DNA of 64,000 bases from Oscillospiraceae bacterium (GTDB lineage: Bacteria; Bacillota; Clostridia; Oscillospirales; Acutalibacteraceae), in NCBI GenBank assembly GCA_902791235.1, contig CADAUV010000003.1:9016-73015 (forward strand), in the 5' to 3' direction. This document shows, piece by piece, positions 9,778 through 19,013 of the stretch; within the stretch, counting starts at the first letter, position 1; every line of letters starts with the position of its first letter. The notes beneath the pieces are model-generated. The model made no database searches and was not told the origin of the DNA. It saw only the letters and a program-made list of their open reading frames with translations. The translations under genes and the position numbers were made by a program.

Positions 9778-11568
9778 TTAAATGTTAAAAATGGTTTCAA
9801 GTTCTTCTTCTGTGAGAAGTTCAAGATTGTTCTCGGCTTCGTCTGTATCAGGTAAATCATCAACAGCTGTACCAAGAAAAGAAATAGTGGCGACATCTTT
9901 GTCAACATCGCCGTGAATATATGGTGCTGCACCGCCATCCTCCGTTAAGGCAAAGTTCGGATGGTTTCGTATATTGTATTTAAGGTCAAGAATTGGTCGT
10001 TCGCCACGAATGAATAAAATGCAGTATTTGTTATCAAGCATACGAACCTCATCAGGCGTCATTAACTCTCTGCCCGTTATCTGATAGTTGGTTGAGTAAT
10101 TTCCGTTTCTGCCCATACTCTTGCCGTAGGTATTTGTATCAATCGTTTCCTTTCCGAGCAGTTCCGAAACATACTTGTGTGTTGATTGTTCATTACCGCC
10201 GAGATAAAGAAATTCATCACAGTTACCGACAATGCTCTCCCATTGCTTTTCAAAGAGTGCTTTAAGCTGTGCCATATTCTGAATAATGATTGATACGGAC
10301 ACACCTCTTGAACGCATTACGGACAGTATCTTATCAAAGTCATCGGGTAGCGATATGTTTGCAAACTCGTCCATACAGAAATGAACGGGCATAGGCAACG
10401 CACCCTTGTAGATACTGTCAGCAGCATAAAAAAGCTGTTGGAAGAGCTGGGTATATAGGATTGAAATAAGGAAATTAAAACTTGTATCGTTATCGGGAAT
10501 GACGGCGAATAATGCCACTTTTCTCTCACCGAGCGTTTGTAAGTCAAGCTCGTCATAAGAGGTCATAGAAGCGAGACTGTCAAGATTAAACTTTTCAAGC
10601 CTTGCCGCTAATGTTACCTGAATTGATTTAAGCGTTTTTGCCGAGCCTGAATGGTAAGAACGATAGTATTTAAGAGCAATATGATTTGGGTTGTCAGATT
10701 CCAAATCATCAAAGAGCATATCAAGTGGGCTATCAAAATTGCCCGCTTCTTCATCAATGTCAGCAGCTCTTAACATTTCCATTACCATAGCGAAGTTCTG
10801 TTCATCTTCAGGTGCTTCATAGACAAGGTAGAATATCAAGGCAAGTAAAAGCATTTGAGCAGCCGTATCCCAGAACGGGTCGTTACTCTGTGAGCCTTTT
10901 GGCGTGGTGCTTTTGAAAAGGTTTGTTACAAGCCTTTGCACATCGTTGTCGCTCATCAAATACTTAAAGGGGTTATAGCAATGGCTACGCTCCATATTGA
11001 TTAAATCAACAACGATAACCTCATAGCCGTTAGCCTTTAACATAGCACCTGTGTCCCTGACAATTTCGCCTTTTGGGTCTGTTACCACAAAGGAACAGTT
11101 GCACTGCATAATATTCGGTTTTGCAAAGAAGAAGGTTTTACCTGCACCGGAGCCACCTGCAACAAGTGTGTTGAGGTTTCTCATATGAGCCTTTGCATTA
11201 AGTCCCATACATACCTCATTTGTGAGTATCTTATTATTGGACTTTGGCTTTTGCTCATATTTCTTCCTTATGGTGTTTTTGTTACCCCACTTTGCCGAGC
11301 CGTGTTCCTCGCCCTTACGGTAGTTTCTCATACTTGCAAGAGCAACGCCGATTGATAAAGCGTATATCATCAAAACAATGAGGACAGTTTTTAGGCTGTC
11401 CTCACATAATGATATATTCAGCGGATTTTCCATCGCTTCTGTTAAAGCAGAAAGCATTTCCGGAAGTCCGCCGCTTGTATGCGGCGCTATTACCAAGCCG
11501 AGCCATATGACTGGCAGAATACCGATAAGAGCAAAGATATAAACGGATTTGCGATTGTTATCTCGCAT
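9778..11568 (-). CDS. VirD4/TraG type IV coupling protein
   Basis: Two N-terminal TMs, HGSAKWG, GGSGAGKT, TDPKGE, MDEFAN, RELMTPDE. Confidence 0.93.
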   Translation of the reverse strand: MRDNNRKSVYIFALIGILPVIWLGLVIAPHTSGGLPEMLSALTEAMENPLNISLCEDSLKTVLIVLMIYALSIGVALASMRNYRKGEEHGSAKWGNKNTIRKKYEQKPKSNNKILTNEVCMGLNAKAHMRNLNTLVAGGSGAGKTFFFAKPNIMQCNCSFVVTDPKGEIVRDTGAMLKANGYEVIVVDLINMERSHCYNPFKYLMSDNDVQRLVTNLFKSTTPKGSQSNDPFWDTAAQMLLLALIFYLVYEAPEDEQNFAMVMEMLRAADIDEEAGNFDSPLDMLFDDLESDNPNHIALKYYRSYHSGSAKTLKSIQVTLAARLEKFNLDSLASMTSYDELDLQTLGERKVALFAVIPDNDTSFNFLISILYTQLFQQLFYAADSIYKGALPMPVHFCMDEFANISLPDDFDKILSVMRSRGVSVSIIIQNMAQLKALFEKQWESIVGNCDEFLYLGGNEQSTHKYVSELLGKETIDTNTYGKSMGRNGNYSTNYQITGRELMTPDEVRMLDNKYCILFIRGERPILDLKYNIRNHPNFALTEDGGAAPYIHGDVDKDVATISFLGTAVDDLPDTDEAENNLELLTEEELETIFNI

Positions 11569-11758
11569 CGTTATCCCTTTCGATGACCTTAAACTTTTTT
11601 ACGGGTGCTTTACCAACCTTTACAATGAGTTTGTTTACTGCTTCAATGCAGTCCTCCATATCCTCGCCGTTTTTCAGTTCATCTTTGAGGCTGTCAAGAC
11701 CACGCAGAAGCAGGCTGTGTTCCTCACCGTCAAGGGCAAGATGATAAAGCCTTACCAT
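11558..11758 (-). CDS. Small hypothetical ICE protein
   Basis: GAGGTG RBS; fills the gap between genes and overlaps the virD4 start. Confidence 0.6.
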   Translation of the reverse strand: MVRLYHLALDGEEHSLLLRGLDSLKDELKNGEDMEDCIEAVNKLIVKVGKAPVKKFKVIERDNDAR

Positions 11759-11770
11759 AATGACACCTCA

Positions 11771-12676
11771 TTATCTTTCCATGTCGTCATTGCTTCTGGC
11801 TTCTCTGTCCTTGTTAAGTTCAGAATAAACCTTTGTGCCGATTTCATTAACGCAATCTCTTGACATCGTGAGCTTTTCACGGATACCGTTGTTATCAAGG
11901 TCAGCCCACTCCTTAGGCGGCGAAGCAACATCGATGCCCTTCGTGTCGATACCGTACTTTCTGCAAAGCATATATGCCGCACACTTTGCAGGATAGAGCG
12001 CTTCGCTTCTGCTGTAAGAATCGCTGTTGTAGGCAATCTCTGCAAGAGAGAGTTCCTGTGCAACTGCCTGAAAGAGTTTTGTTGCGTCGCCGACATTCTC
12101 TCTGACAAGAAGCATATTACTTTCAGGCTCATAGTAAGCCGCAGCATTTTCAATCGGAATCTTGTCGGAGATTTCATAGTCAATCTGACTTGTTTCAAGC
12201 ATAGCCGAAACAATTTTTGCCGGATCGTGATTAACAGTAGGAGTATTCCTTCTGCGTGCATTGGTCTGTGAAATATCAAAGACTCTTTTCACATTGTAGG
12301 AAATACCGACAGAACCGTTTTCACGGGAGTATTCCTTCGGTTCAAGAATCATAAGGCTCTTTGAACCACGCTTAACGGTAACGCCCGTTTCGCTCCAATC
12401 CTTATAGTCCTTAAGCTGTGTCGCTTCGGGAAGCTGCTGCATAATGAGAACCGTGTTTGCAACGGAGTATCTGTCAAGTCTTGCCTGAGTATCAAGATAC
12501 TGCATAAAGCTTTCCGGACTCTGAAGAATGTTGTTGAAGCCTTCGTCAATCATTGAGTAGGCGGCATTACGCTCTTCTTCCTTTTTGAGAGCGTATTCCT
12601 CCTTTGTCATCTGCTGACGGGGTTCATTTGATTTGTTTCTGTTGAAGCCGTTACGCTTCGGATGGTAGTTAGCCAT
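11771..12676 (-). CDS. ArdC-N/LtrC-like ssDNA-binding antirestriction-type protein
   Basis: YSVANTVLIMQQ.PEAT...W...G..VKRG...VFDISQT motif; degenerate protease-like segment AVAQELS. Confidence 0.7.
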   Translation of the reverse strand: MANYHPKRNGFNRNKSNEPRQQMTKEEYALKKEEERNAAYSMIDEGFNNILQSPESFMQYLDTQARLDRYSVANTVLIMQQLPEATQLKDYKDWSETGVTVKRGSKSLMILEPKEYSRENGSVGISYNVKRVFDISQTNARRRNTPTVNHDPAKIVSAMLETSQIDYEISDKIPIENAAAYYEPESNMLLVRENVGDATKLFQAVAQELSLAEIAYNSDSYSRSEALYPAKCAAYMLCRKYGIDTKGIDVASPPKEWADLDNNGIREKLTMSRDCVNEIGTKVYSELNKDREARSNDDMER

Positions 12677-12681
12677 AATTT

Positions 12682-13482
12682 TTACCTCTCTTTTTTATCT
12701 TTAATTTTGATGTCGGGTTGCTTATGCTCGATAACCTTCGGCGTGGTTTTCTTCGGCTCATCAACCTCAATGTCAAGCGCTTTCTGCTGTTCCTTCTGCT
12801 TCTTAATCTGTACTCTGTAATGGTCAATCTTTTCCCGTACAGATTCTTTGGCAGCACCCTTATCAGAGAGCGTTCTTGGTTTCTGCGTATTCAACGAATT
12901 TTGCTCGGACAGAGGGCTTTTTTCTGTCTTTGCTAAGGAAGGGTTTTCAGTTTCGTTTTCCTCCCTCTGAATAGGCTTGCCGAGAGCCTGTTCGGTAATC
13001 AAGTCTGCCTTGCTCTTTTCAGGTTTATCTTTTTCCTTTGCTTTACGCTGGGAAAGCTCTTTCTCCGACTCATTGACAATAGTAGCCTTTTCATCATCGG
13101 TAAGATTAAGACCGAAGCGTTCAATAATTCTCTGAATTTTAGAACTGTCCTCGGCTCTTGCGATAATATCAACCTCGGCTGTTTTATCGGTAGAGGTTCT
13201 GTCACGAAGGACTGTATAAAGGACACCGTATTTCTTTGCGTTACGGGTAAACTTTTCCAAGTCCTTTTGTGAGATGGAGAAAACTTTGAGTTCTTTACCT
13301 GATTTGAGCATTTTGGTAAGTCTTGTTTTACCTTTTGTTTTTGAGCTTTTCGGATTTTTAAGGGCGGCAATTAAAAGTCCTGCAATATCACGGGCCGCTT
13401 CGCCCGTAATCTTTGCAGCAACCTCAACGCCCTCAAGCGATAATCTCACAACCTGTTCGGCTGCATCACTTGAGCTGCTCAT
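12682..13482 (-). CDS. PcfB family (DUF3801) protein
   Basis: DAAEQVVRLSLEG...AKKYGVLY motif; ATG 13482 after AAGGAGG. Confidence 0.8.
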   Translation of the reverse strand: MSSSSDAAEQVVRLSLEGVEVAAKITGEAARDIAGLLIAALKNPKSSKTKGKTRLTKMLKSGKELKVFSISQKDLEKFTRNAKKYGVLYTVLRDRTSTDKTAEVDIIARAEDSSKIQRIIERFGLNLTDDEKATIVNESEKELSQRKAKEKDKPEKSKADLITEQALGKPIQREENETENPSLAKTEKSPLSEQNSLNTQKPRTLSDKGAAKESVREKIDHYRVQIKKQKEQQKALDIEVDEPKKTTPKVIEHKQPDIKIKDKKER

Positions 13483-14839
13483 AAGACTTTTCCTCCTTTT
13501 GTTTTGGTGCTCTTTCATCATCTGTTCGGATTTGCTCAACTCGCTTTTCTAACTCTTGGGAACGTGCAGCAATATCCTCACAGAGTGAAATCTCCTTGCG
13601 GAGTTCGCCGAGCCTTTGTGAAATATTAGAAATCTTATCCTTAATCTCTGAGCGTTCAACCTCGCTTATGCCTTTATGCCTTTCATTATTTCTCAGGTGT
13701 TTTCGTTCAGTAGTTAAGGCTTCCATTTCCTTTTCACAAGACTCTTTATACGAAACAAGCTGCTCGGTAGTTTCAATGTGATGCTTACCGAGCAGCCTTG
13801 CTTCTTGTGAATATTTTTCAACCTTCATTAAGTCCTTTCGCAAGAGATAATGAAGTTTATGCGGTGTTTGCCTTTCTTCCGGCTTGTCAAAGTATCCGAG
13901 CCGATAGCAGTAGTAAAGATAAAGGTTGTACAGACTGCCTTTTACTCTGCGAATATCATACTGCGGATGATACGGTGGCGGTGTGTATCCCGTAAAGCCT
14001 TGCAGAAAGGTTCTGTTTCGTGCGTTCTCTTGTATACGCTCTTTAATTCTTCTGTTTGTGTATTCATCGCCAAGGCGGTATAAACGGATTGGTCTGCCGT
14101 CCTCGTTGGGAGTAACTGTCCAATACTTTCGGTTTGGACTCAAGTTGTATCTATATTCCATTGAGCGTAAATGCTGTTGAAATTCGCCAAGCGTTCTGCT
14201 ATATGCAATAGCCTCGTCAACAGCTGCACGGGCGAGATTATATCTTGTCGGCACACCTGCTTTGTCTTTCATTGTTAAATAGCGAGAATCAATATGCGTT
14301 TCAGGATTTTCAATAACTGACACGCCATATTCCTTACAAACATCATCGGCAATGTGGCGAAAACATTTCCAAGACACTTCGTTTCCGTGCATACGTTTTC
14401 CGTCAACAAACGAAACGGAATTTATGACAAAGTGATTATGAAGGCAGTGGGAATTCAGATGTGTTGTAACCACAACCTGAAATCTATCTCCCCAGACTCT
14501 CTCGGCAAATTTAATTCCTATTGCGTGGCAGAGGTCGGGAGTGATTTCATCGGGTTTGAAACTCATATATCCGTGATACGCTTGAATACCGTCTGTCTTG
14601 TTATACAATTCCTTAACCTTTATGAATTGCTCACGGGCAAGAGTTGCATCACAGTTAATGCCGGATACATAAAATTCCTGTTCGGTTTTTTCTTCATCCT
14701 TTGCATAGGTGAGGACATCTTTTAATGCTTGCAATTCATCAACAGAGTATTTATCCTTTTCAGTCTTGTCAGGATTTTTTGCATAATCAAGCACTCGTTT
14801 CAAATTATCTTCAACCTTCCACAGTCTTGTTACCGCCAT
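13466..14839 (-). CDS. Relaxase (MOBP-type relaxase/mobilisation nuclease)
   Basis: YAKNPDKT, AYHGYMSF, HLNSHCLHNHFVINSV histidine triad. Confidence 0.9.
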   Translation of the reverse strand: MAVTRLWKVEDNLKRVLDYAKNPDKTEKDKYSVDELQALKDVLTYAKDEEKTEQEFYVSGINCDATLAREQFIKVKELYNKTDGIQAYHGYMSFKPDEITPDLCHAIGIKFAERVWGDRFQVVVTTHLNSHCLHNHFVINSVSFVDGKRMHGNEVSWKCFRHIADDVCKEYGVSVIENPETHIDSRYLTMKDKAGVPTRYNLARAAVDEAIAYSRTLGEFQQHLRSMEYRYNLSPNRKYWTVTPNEDGRPIRLYRLGDEYTNRRIKERIQENARNRTFLQGFTGYTPPPYHPQYDIRRVKGSLYNLYLYYCYRLGYFDKPEERQTPHKLHYLLRKDLMKVEKYSQEARLLGKHHIETTEQLVSYKESCEKEMEALTTERKHLRNNERHKGISEVERSEIKDKISNISQRLGELRKEISLCEDIAARSQELEKRVEQIRTDDERAPKQKEEKSYEQLK

Positions 14840-14842
14840 ATG

Positions 14843-15172
14843 TTACTCCTCCTTGTCAGGCGCAATATATTTTTCAAATAAAGCGTTCTGCGTTTTCTGC
14901 AAATCCTCTCGGATTTTATTTAGCATAGGAGCGTCAATAAAGTTAAGCGAGTTTGCTTTTACTGCGAGCTGGTTAATGTTGTTACAAGCAGATGACATTT
15001 GCCTCATAAGGATATAAAATTCCGCATCGGGTTTTTCTTTCGGGATGTGTCCTTCAACGAGAGAGCTGATATATCCCGACAATGTCAGACCACATTCTGC
15101 GGCTTTCTTTTTCCATTCCTTTTTCTTTTCGTGAGTAAGGCGAATGTGTATCTCATCTGTTTTGTTTTTCAT
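14843..15172 (-). CDS. mobC: MobC relaxosome accessory protein
   Basis: Ribbon-helix-helix N-terminus, NNINQLA motif, directly upstream of the relaxase. Confidence 0.85.
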   Translation of the reverse strand: MKNKTDEIHIRLTHEKKKEWKKKAAECGLTLSGYISSLVEGHIPKEKPDAEFYILMRQMSSACNNINQLAVKANSLNFIDAPMLNKIREDLQKTQNALFEKYIAPDKEE

Positions 15173-15575
15173 CTTCCTGCTCCATTAAATTCATACAGTA
15201 TTTTGCTAAGACATTAATATCACTCGGCGGGCAGGTATTGATGAACAAAGACTCCTCATCATATTCCGTATTGTTGATAACAATCGGATAATGATTCAGA
15301 TTTTCCATATCATACGCCCAATCAATTACATCTTCATCATAGAGTGCGTCATCATATTCTTCATAGGTATAAACAATATGATAACCGAGCAGCATACAAA
15401 AAATCTTTAAGGAATATCGTTCAATCATAGTCCGTGCGATCACCGACATCACTTTTTCGTGATTGTTATTCTCGGTTTCAAGCACCGCCGACAAATCCAT
15501 CAAAAGTTTCATCATCGGAATATGTTCGGTGACGGTAACATCTGCCTCATCGTTTCGTTTAACACTGATTCTCAT
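15153..15575 (-). CDS. Hypothetical protein
   Basis: 140-aa ORF overlapping both neighbours; RBS GGAGGTG. Confidence 0.6.
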   Translation of the reverse strand: MRISVKRNDEADVTVTEHIPMMKLLMDLSAVLETENNNHEKVMSVIARTMIERYSLKIFCMLLGYHIVYTYEEYDDALYDEDVIDWAYDMENLNHYPIVINNTEYDEESLFINTCPPSDINVLAKYCMNLMEQEDEKQNR

Positions 15576-15699
15576 TTTTCTTCACCTCCTCCCGTCTTAA
15601 TTGTTCTTCGGTATCACGGTTAATCTGAACAAGACACATTGTCATAATTCCTGATGCGCCGCCCAGAATAAAGCCGATTAAAAATATTAAAAGTTTCAT
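15559..15699 (-). CDS. DUF3789-like small membrane protein
   Basis: MKLLIFLIGFILGGASGIMTMCLVQ; ATG 15699 after GAAAGGA. Confidence 0.65.
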   Translation of the reverse strand: MKLLIFLIGFILGGASGIMTMCLVQINRDTEEQLRREEVKKNENQC

Positions 15700-15721
15700 A
15701 GTGATATTGTCCTTTCTTTTC

Positions 15722-15830
15722 AGGGGTATTAGGGGAAGATTTTCCCCTAACGAGAACTGTTTGGAGCCTTTTGTGGCTACAAACAGTCTGCTCGTTAAGA
15801 CAACGCAACGCATTTATGCGTTTCTTCGCA
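15722..15830. other. Putative oriT
   Basis: Cluster of inverted repeats (TTAGGGGAA/TTCCCCTAA; TAACGAG-ACTGTTTG/CAAACAGT-CTCGTTA; AACGCAT/ATGCGTT) in the intergenic gap just upstream of the mobC-relaxase genes. Confidence 0.55.
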
Positions 15831-16814
15831 TTATCTGGAAATCTCCTGATTTGTACTCCTGATTTTTTGTTTTGATGGTATTGAATAGTCCCTCAGATAA
15901 AGTAAAAAAGCGTTGACATCTTTTCCGATAGGAGGGGGATTGTCAATCACTTTTATATCTTTGGGTATTAAGGTTTGGATGGCTTTGGTAGCAAGTCTGC
16001 CCGTTCTGTCATTGTCAAAATGAAGGTAGATTGTATCCGTATGAGGATGCTCCTTCAGGTATTTAACAAGGGTAATTGGTAGCTTGCTTTGGGTAATATC
16101 TTTCTTTGGTTGGTACACACCGGAAAGAGAAATAAGGTTGTAATCTTTCCAATTACTACCCTTAATTTTGAGTAAGGTTGCATAGGATAGCAGGTCTATC
16201 GCACACTCAAAGAGGTGAATTTTATTACTCTGTTCACTACCTATTAAGCGGAAGGAATACTCCTTATTGCTACCCGAGCAGTCACCCATTATGCGTTCTG
16301 AGTTGCTCGCTCTGAACCCTGCGTATCGAGGTATATGATACTCATCATACCCAACGAAAACAGCGTTATGATAGGGTAGGCTTTCAAAGATAAGTCCTTT
16401 ATCAAAGCAGTAGTCAACCACCTCTGAGTCTATTCCTCTGTTATACATAAGGTAGTGAGGAACAGTATCAGGGTAGTCCGTAAGGTCGGGTAAAAGAAGT
16501 TTTTTAGGTTTCTTTTTCGGTTCGGTCTTTACCCAAACGGGTGTGCGCTCGGCAACACTACCGAGTATTTTTTCTACCGCTTCGGGTAAGGATAACTCCC
16601 TCACTTTGACTAAATAATCAAGTGCTGACCTCCCGCCGATGCCCGCCGACCAGCGATACCACATACCGTTTGAAATCTTAACGCTGTCGTGTTCACGGGT
16701 GGAGTAAACACCCGTTGATACCCTGACAAGATTATCAGGCTCATAGTTTTGAAGGTAGGTTAGAAGGTCAAGGTGCTTCGCTTCGTTTAGCTTTTCAGGG
16801 GATATATAGCCCAT
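15831..16814 (-). CDS. DUF3991/toprim domain primase-like protein
   Basis: EHDSVKI...W.RWS..IGG, YL...RGI, LFECAIDLLSY, FDNDRTG toprim motifs. Confidence 0.85.
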   Translation of the reverse strand: MGYISPEKLNEAKHLDLLTYLQNYEPDNLVRVSTGVYSTREHDSVKISNGMWYRWSAGIGGRSALDYLVKVRELSLPEAVEKILGSVAERTPVWVKTEPKKKPKKLLLPDLTDYPDTVPHYLMYNRGIDSEVVDYCFDKGLIFESLPYHNAVFVGYDEYHIPRYAGFRASNSERIMGDCSGSNKEYSFRLIGSEQSNKIHLFECAIDLLSYATLLKIKGSNWKDYNLISLSGVYQPKKDITQSKLPITLVKYLKEHPHTDTIYLHFDNDRTGRLATKAIQTLIPKDIKVIDNPPPIGKDVNAFLLYLRDYSIPSKQKIRSTNQEISR

Positions 16815-17158
16815 TATCTGCTATCCCTTTCTTCCTGTTTCTTGAAGTAATCAATTTGATTTTCAATCGCCAGGTTCACGCTATCACGAAGCGTATCAAC
16901 TACCGAGCCATCAAAATCAAGCCACTCATTATACAGATAATCAAGGGCGTTTTTGGTTTTGAGTATTGCCACACTCTGCTTGTCATTGAAAGCACCCTCG
17001 CACTCAAACATACAAAGGATTTCCTGCTTATAGGTTATCTCATAAGCCGCCTCAACAATTTCTGTGGGCGATTTTGTTTTGATGTCAGCAATATATTCAT
17101 CAAATTCACGCTGAACTTTTTCGTATGCTCTGTCCTCTAACGATTTCCTTTTTGCCAT
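16814..17158 (-). CDS. DUF3848-like protein
   Basis: YEKV..EFD.Y...EIVEAAYEI..K...ALDYLYNEW. Confidence 0.7.
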   Translation of the reverse strand: MAKRKSLEDRAYEKVQREFDEYIADIKTKSPTEIVEAAYEITYKQEILCMFECEGAFNDKQSVAILKTKNALDYLYNEWLDFDGSVVDTLRDSVNLAIENQIDYFKKQEERDSR

Positions 17159-17167
17159 AAATATCAC

Positions 17168-17515
17168 CTACCTTTCAGGTTCTGAATTTTGTTTTGCAAT
17201 TCGATTTGCTTCACGCTCGGCTATTTCGCTGATGGCATAATGAAAGTCCTCAGTACGCAGCTCATCATCCTTTTGCCACTCCTTGTAAAGAAAATCAAGC
17301 GGCTTCTTTTTGTTGCAAACTGACCGCAAGGACTTACCATCGAGGGGAAAGAAATATTCAAATTCAAGCATCATGTCAGACTTTACAGATAATTCTTTTA
17401 CGCTGCTTTTCAGCAACTCTCTATCGCCATTAAGCAGCTTATCAAGAAAGGCGTTATAGTCCTTTTGCAGTTTGGAAAACAGTTTGGCTTTCAGTTGTTC
17501 TTCTGTTAATTTCAT
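17168..17515 (-). CDS. DUF3848-like protein (second, diverged copy)
   Basis: LFSKL..DY..F...PLDFLYKEW; ATG 17515 after AGGAGGT. Confidence 0.6.
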   Translation of the reverse strand: MKLTEEQLKAKLFSKLQKDYNAFLDKLLNGDRELLKSSVKELSVKSDMMLEFEYFFPLDGKSLRSVCNKKKPLDFLYKEWQKDDELRTEDFHYAISEIAEREANRIAKQNSEPER

Positions 17516-17536
17516 AAAGTTACCTCCTAATAACAG

Positions 17537-17571
17537 AAAAAGCCGCCAGATTTTTAAAAAACCTGGCGGCT
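17537..17571 (-). terminator. Intrinsic terminator after the paralog pair
   Basis: Perfect 9-bp stem AGCCGCCAG/CTGGCGGCT followed by a T-run on the minus strand. Confidence 0.7.
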
Positions 17572-17582
17572 GTATTCCATAT

Positions 17583-18224
17583 TTACTCTTCAATGGGACT
17601 AAAAATGAACTTAATAAATCGCTCCCCAAAAGGATTTAAACGGTGTTCTCCGTTGTTTTGCTCATCGTATTTAATTATTCCAAACCTCATTAACTCTGTA
17701 ACTAATGCAAATCTATAGCTTTTATCAACCTCACTCCAATTATTATCAATATATTGGTTGATATTTTTAAATGCTATTTCTTTTTTGCAATCTTTAAGAT
17801 AAATTAAGCGAAGAATTCTCACCTGATCAATAGATAGTTCTTGTAGCAATTTCAAATAAAAATCGACTTCATTAGGAATGAATTCACATACTGCAGCGTT
17901 TAATAAGATGTTTCTAAAACAGTTTATTTTTTCTTTCTTATTTTCCAATAAAACTGAACGAAATGTTTTTATTAAAAGTGTGTGATATTCATCTGATTCT
18001 AGTAATCTCTCAACAGTATTGTCAGGCAAAGATTCCATATCTCTTACAATACTATTTAAAAAATCTTCACGCCGTTTTTGTAGTGTGCTAGGTAAATACT
18101 TATCCAAAAATAATGAAAGAACACCACCTGCAATAGGTATCATACCTATTGAGCCAATTGCAAGATTTCTAATCAATTCATCTCTTTGTACTTCTCTATC
18201 TTTATAAATGTCTTCAATATTCAT
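17583..18224 (-). CDS. DUF4393/Abi-alpha-like cargo protein, copy B
   Basis: AT-rich; IP.AGG.L, RNILLNA, C-terminal wHTH-like L.PFGERF. Confidence 0.5.
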   Translation of the reverse strand: MNIEDIYKDREVQRDELIRNLAIGSIGMIPIAGGVLSLFLDKYLPSTLQKRREDFLNSIVRDMESLPDNTVERLLESDEYHTLLIKTFRSVLLENKKEKINCFRNILLNAAVCEFIPNEVDFYLKLLQELSIDQVRILRLIYLKDCKKEIAFKNINQYIDNNWSEVDKSYRFALVTELMRFGIIKYDEQNNGEHRLNPFGERFIKFIFSPIEE

Positions 18225-18270
18225 TGTGTATCCCTCGTTTTAATTTATTTTTCTTTTTTGATATATTAAC

Positions 18271-18927
18271 TCACAATTCAATGGGTGAAAAAATATATAG
18301 GATAAAACGCTTACCAAAGTTCGTTAAGTGATAACCATCTCCGAACTCTCTTTTTGACTCTATGGAATTAGTAATAATACCATATCTCATCATTTCAGGA
18401 ATAATAACTTTACAATAATTTGAATCAAATTCTTTCCATTTAGAATAAATATAATCATAAATATCAGTAAACCATATTGTTTCTTTACAATCTCTTAAAT
18501 AGAAAAGATGCAATATTTTTATTTGGTCTACAACTAACTCTCCAAGCAATTTATAGAAATAATCTATCTCATTGAAGTTTGGAGCTTCGTCATTAGCTGC
18601 ATTAATGAGTATATTTCTATATCCATTAATTCTTTCTGTTTTATCTTCCTCTAATATTGATTTAAATGTTTTAAGCAAAATATTATGATACTCTTCTGAA
18701 TTTAATATTCTTTGTGTAATCAAGTTTGGAAGTGATTCTAAGTCATTCGACAAATCATTTAAAAATTTGTCTCTTCTTTTTTGTTCTGTACTTGGAAGGT
18801 ACTTATCAAACAGTAAGGAAAGCGTCCCACCCGCAACAGGAATCATGCTTACGGAGGCGGCGATAGTATTTCTTATAAGTTCATCTCTAACAACTTTATG
18901 ATCATACAAATTGCTATCTATACACAT
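18271..18927 (-). CDS. DUF4393/Abi-alpha-like cargo protein, copy A
   Basis: Aligns end to end with 17583..18224; LTNFGKRF motif; extended -10 TGTTATAAT upstream at ~18979-18987. Confidence 0.5.
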   Translation of the reverse strand: MCIDSNLYDHKVVRDELIRNTIAASVSMIPVAGGTLSLLFDKYLPSTEQKRRDKFLNDLSNDLESLPNLITQRILNSEEYHNILLKTFKSILEEDKTERINGYRNILINAANDEAPNFNEIDYFYKLLGELVVDQIKILHLFYLRDCKETIWFTDIYDYIYSKWKEFDSNYCKVIIPEMMRYGIITNSIESKREFGDGYHLTNFGKRFILYIFSPIEL

Positions 18928-19013
18928 AAAACCACATCCCCTAGTTATAAAAATAATTATATGACTTTAGTATAATCTATTATAACATAAAACTGATGGA
19001 ATTGCGATTGGTT

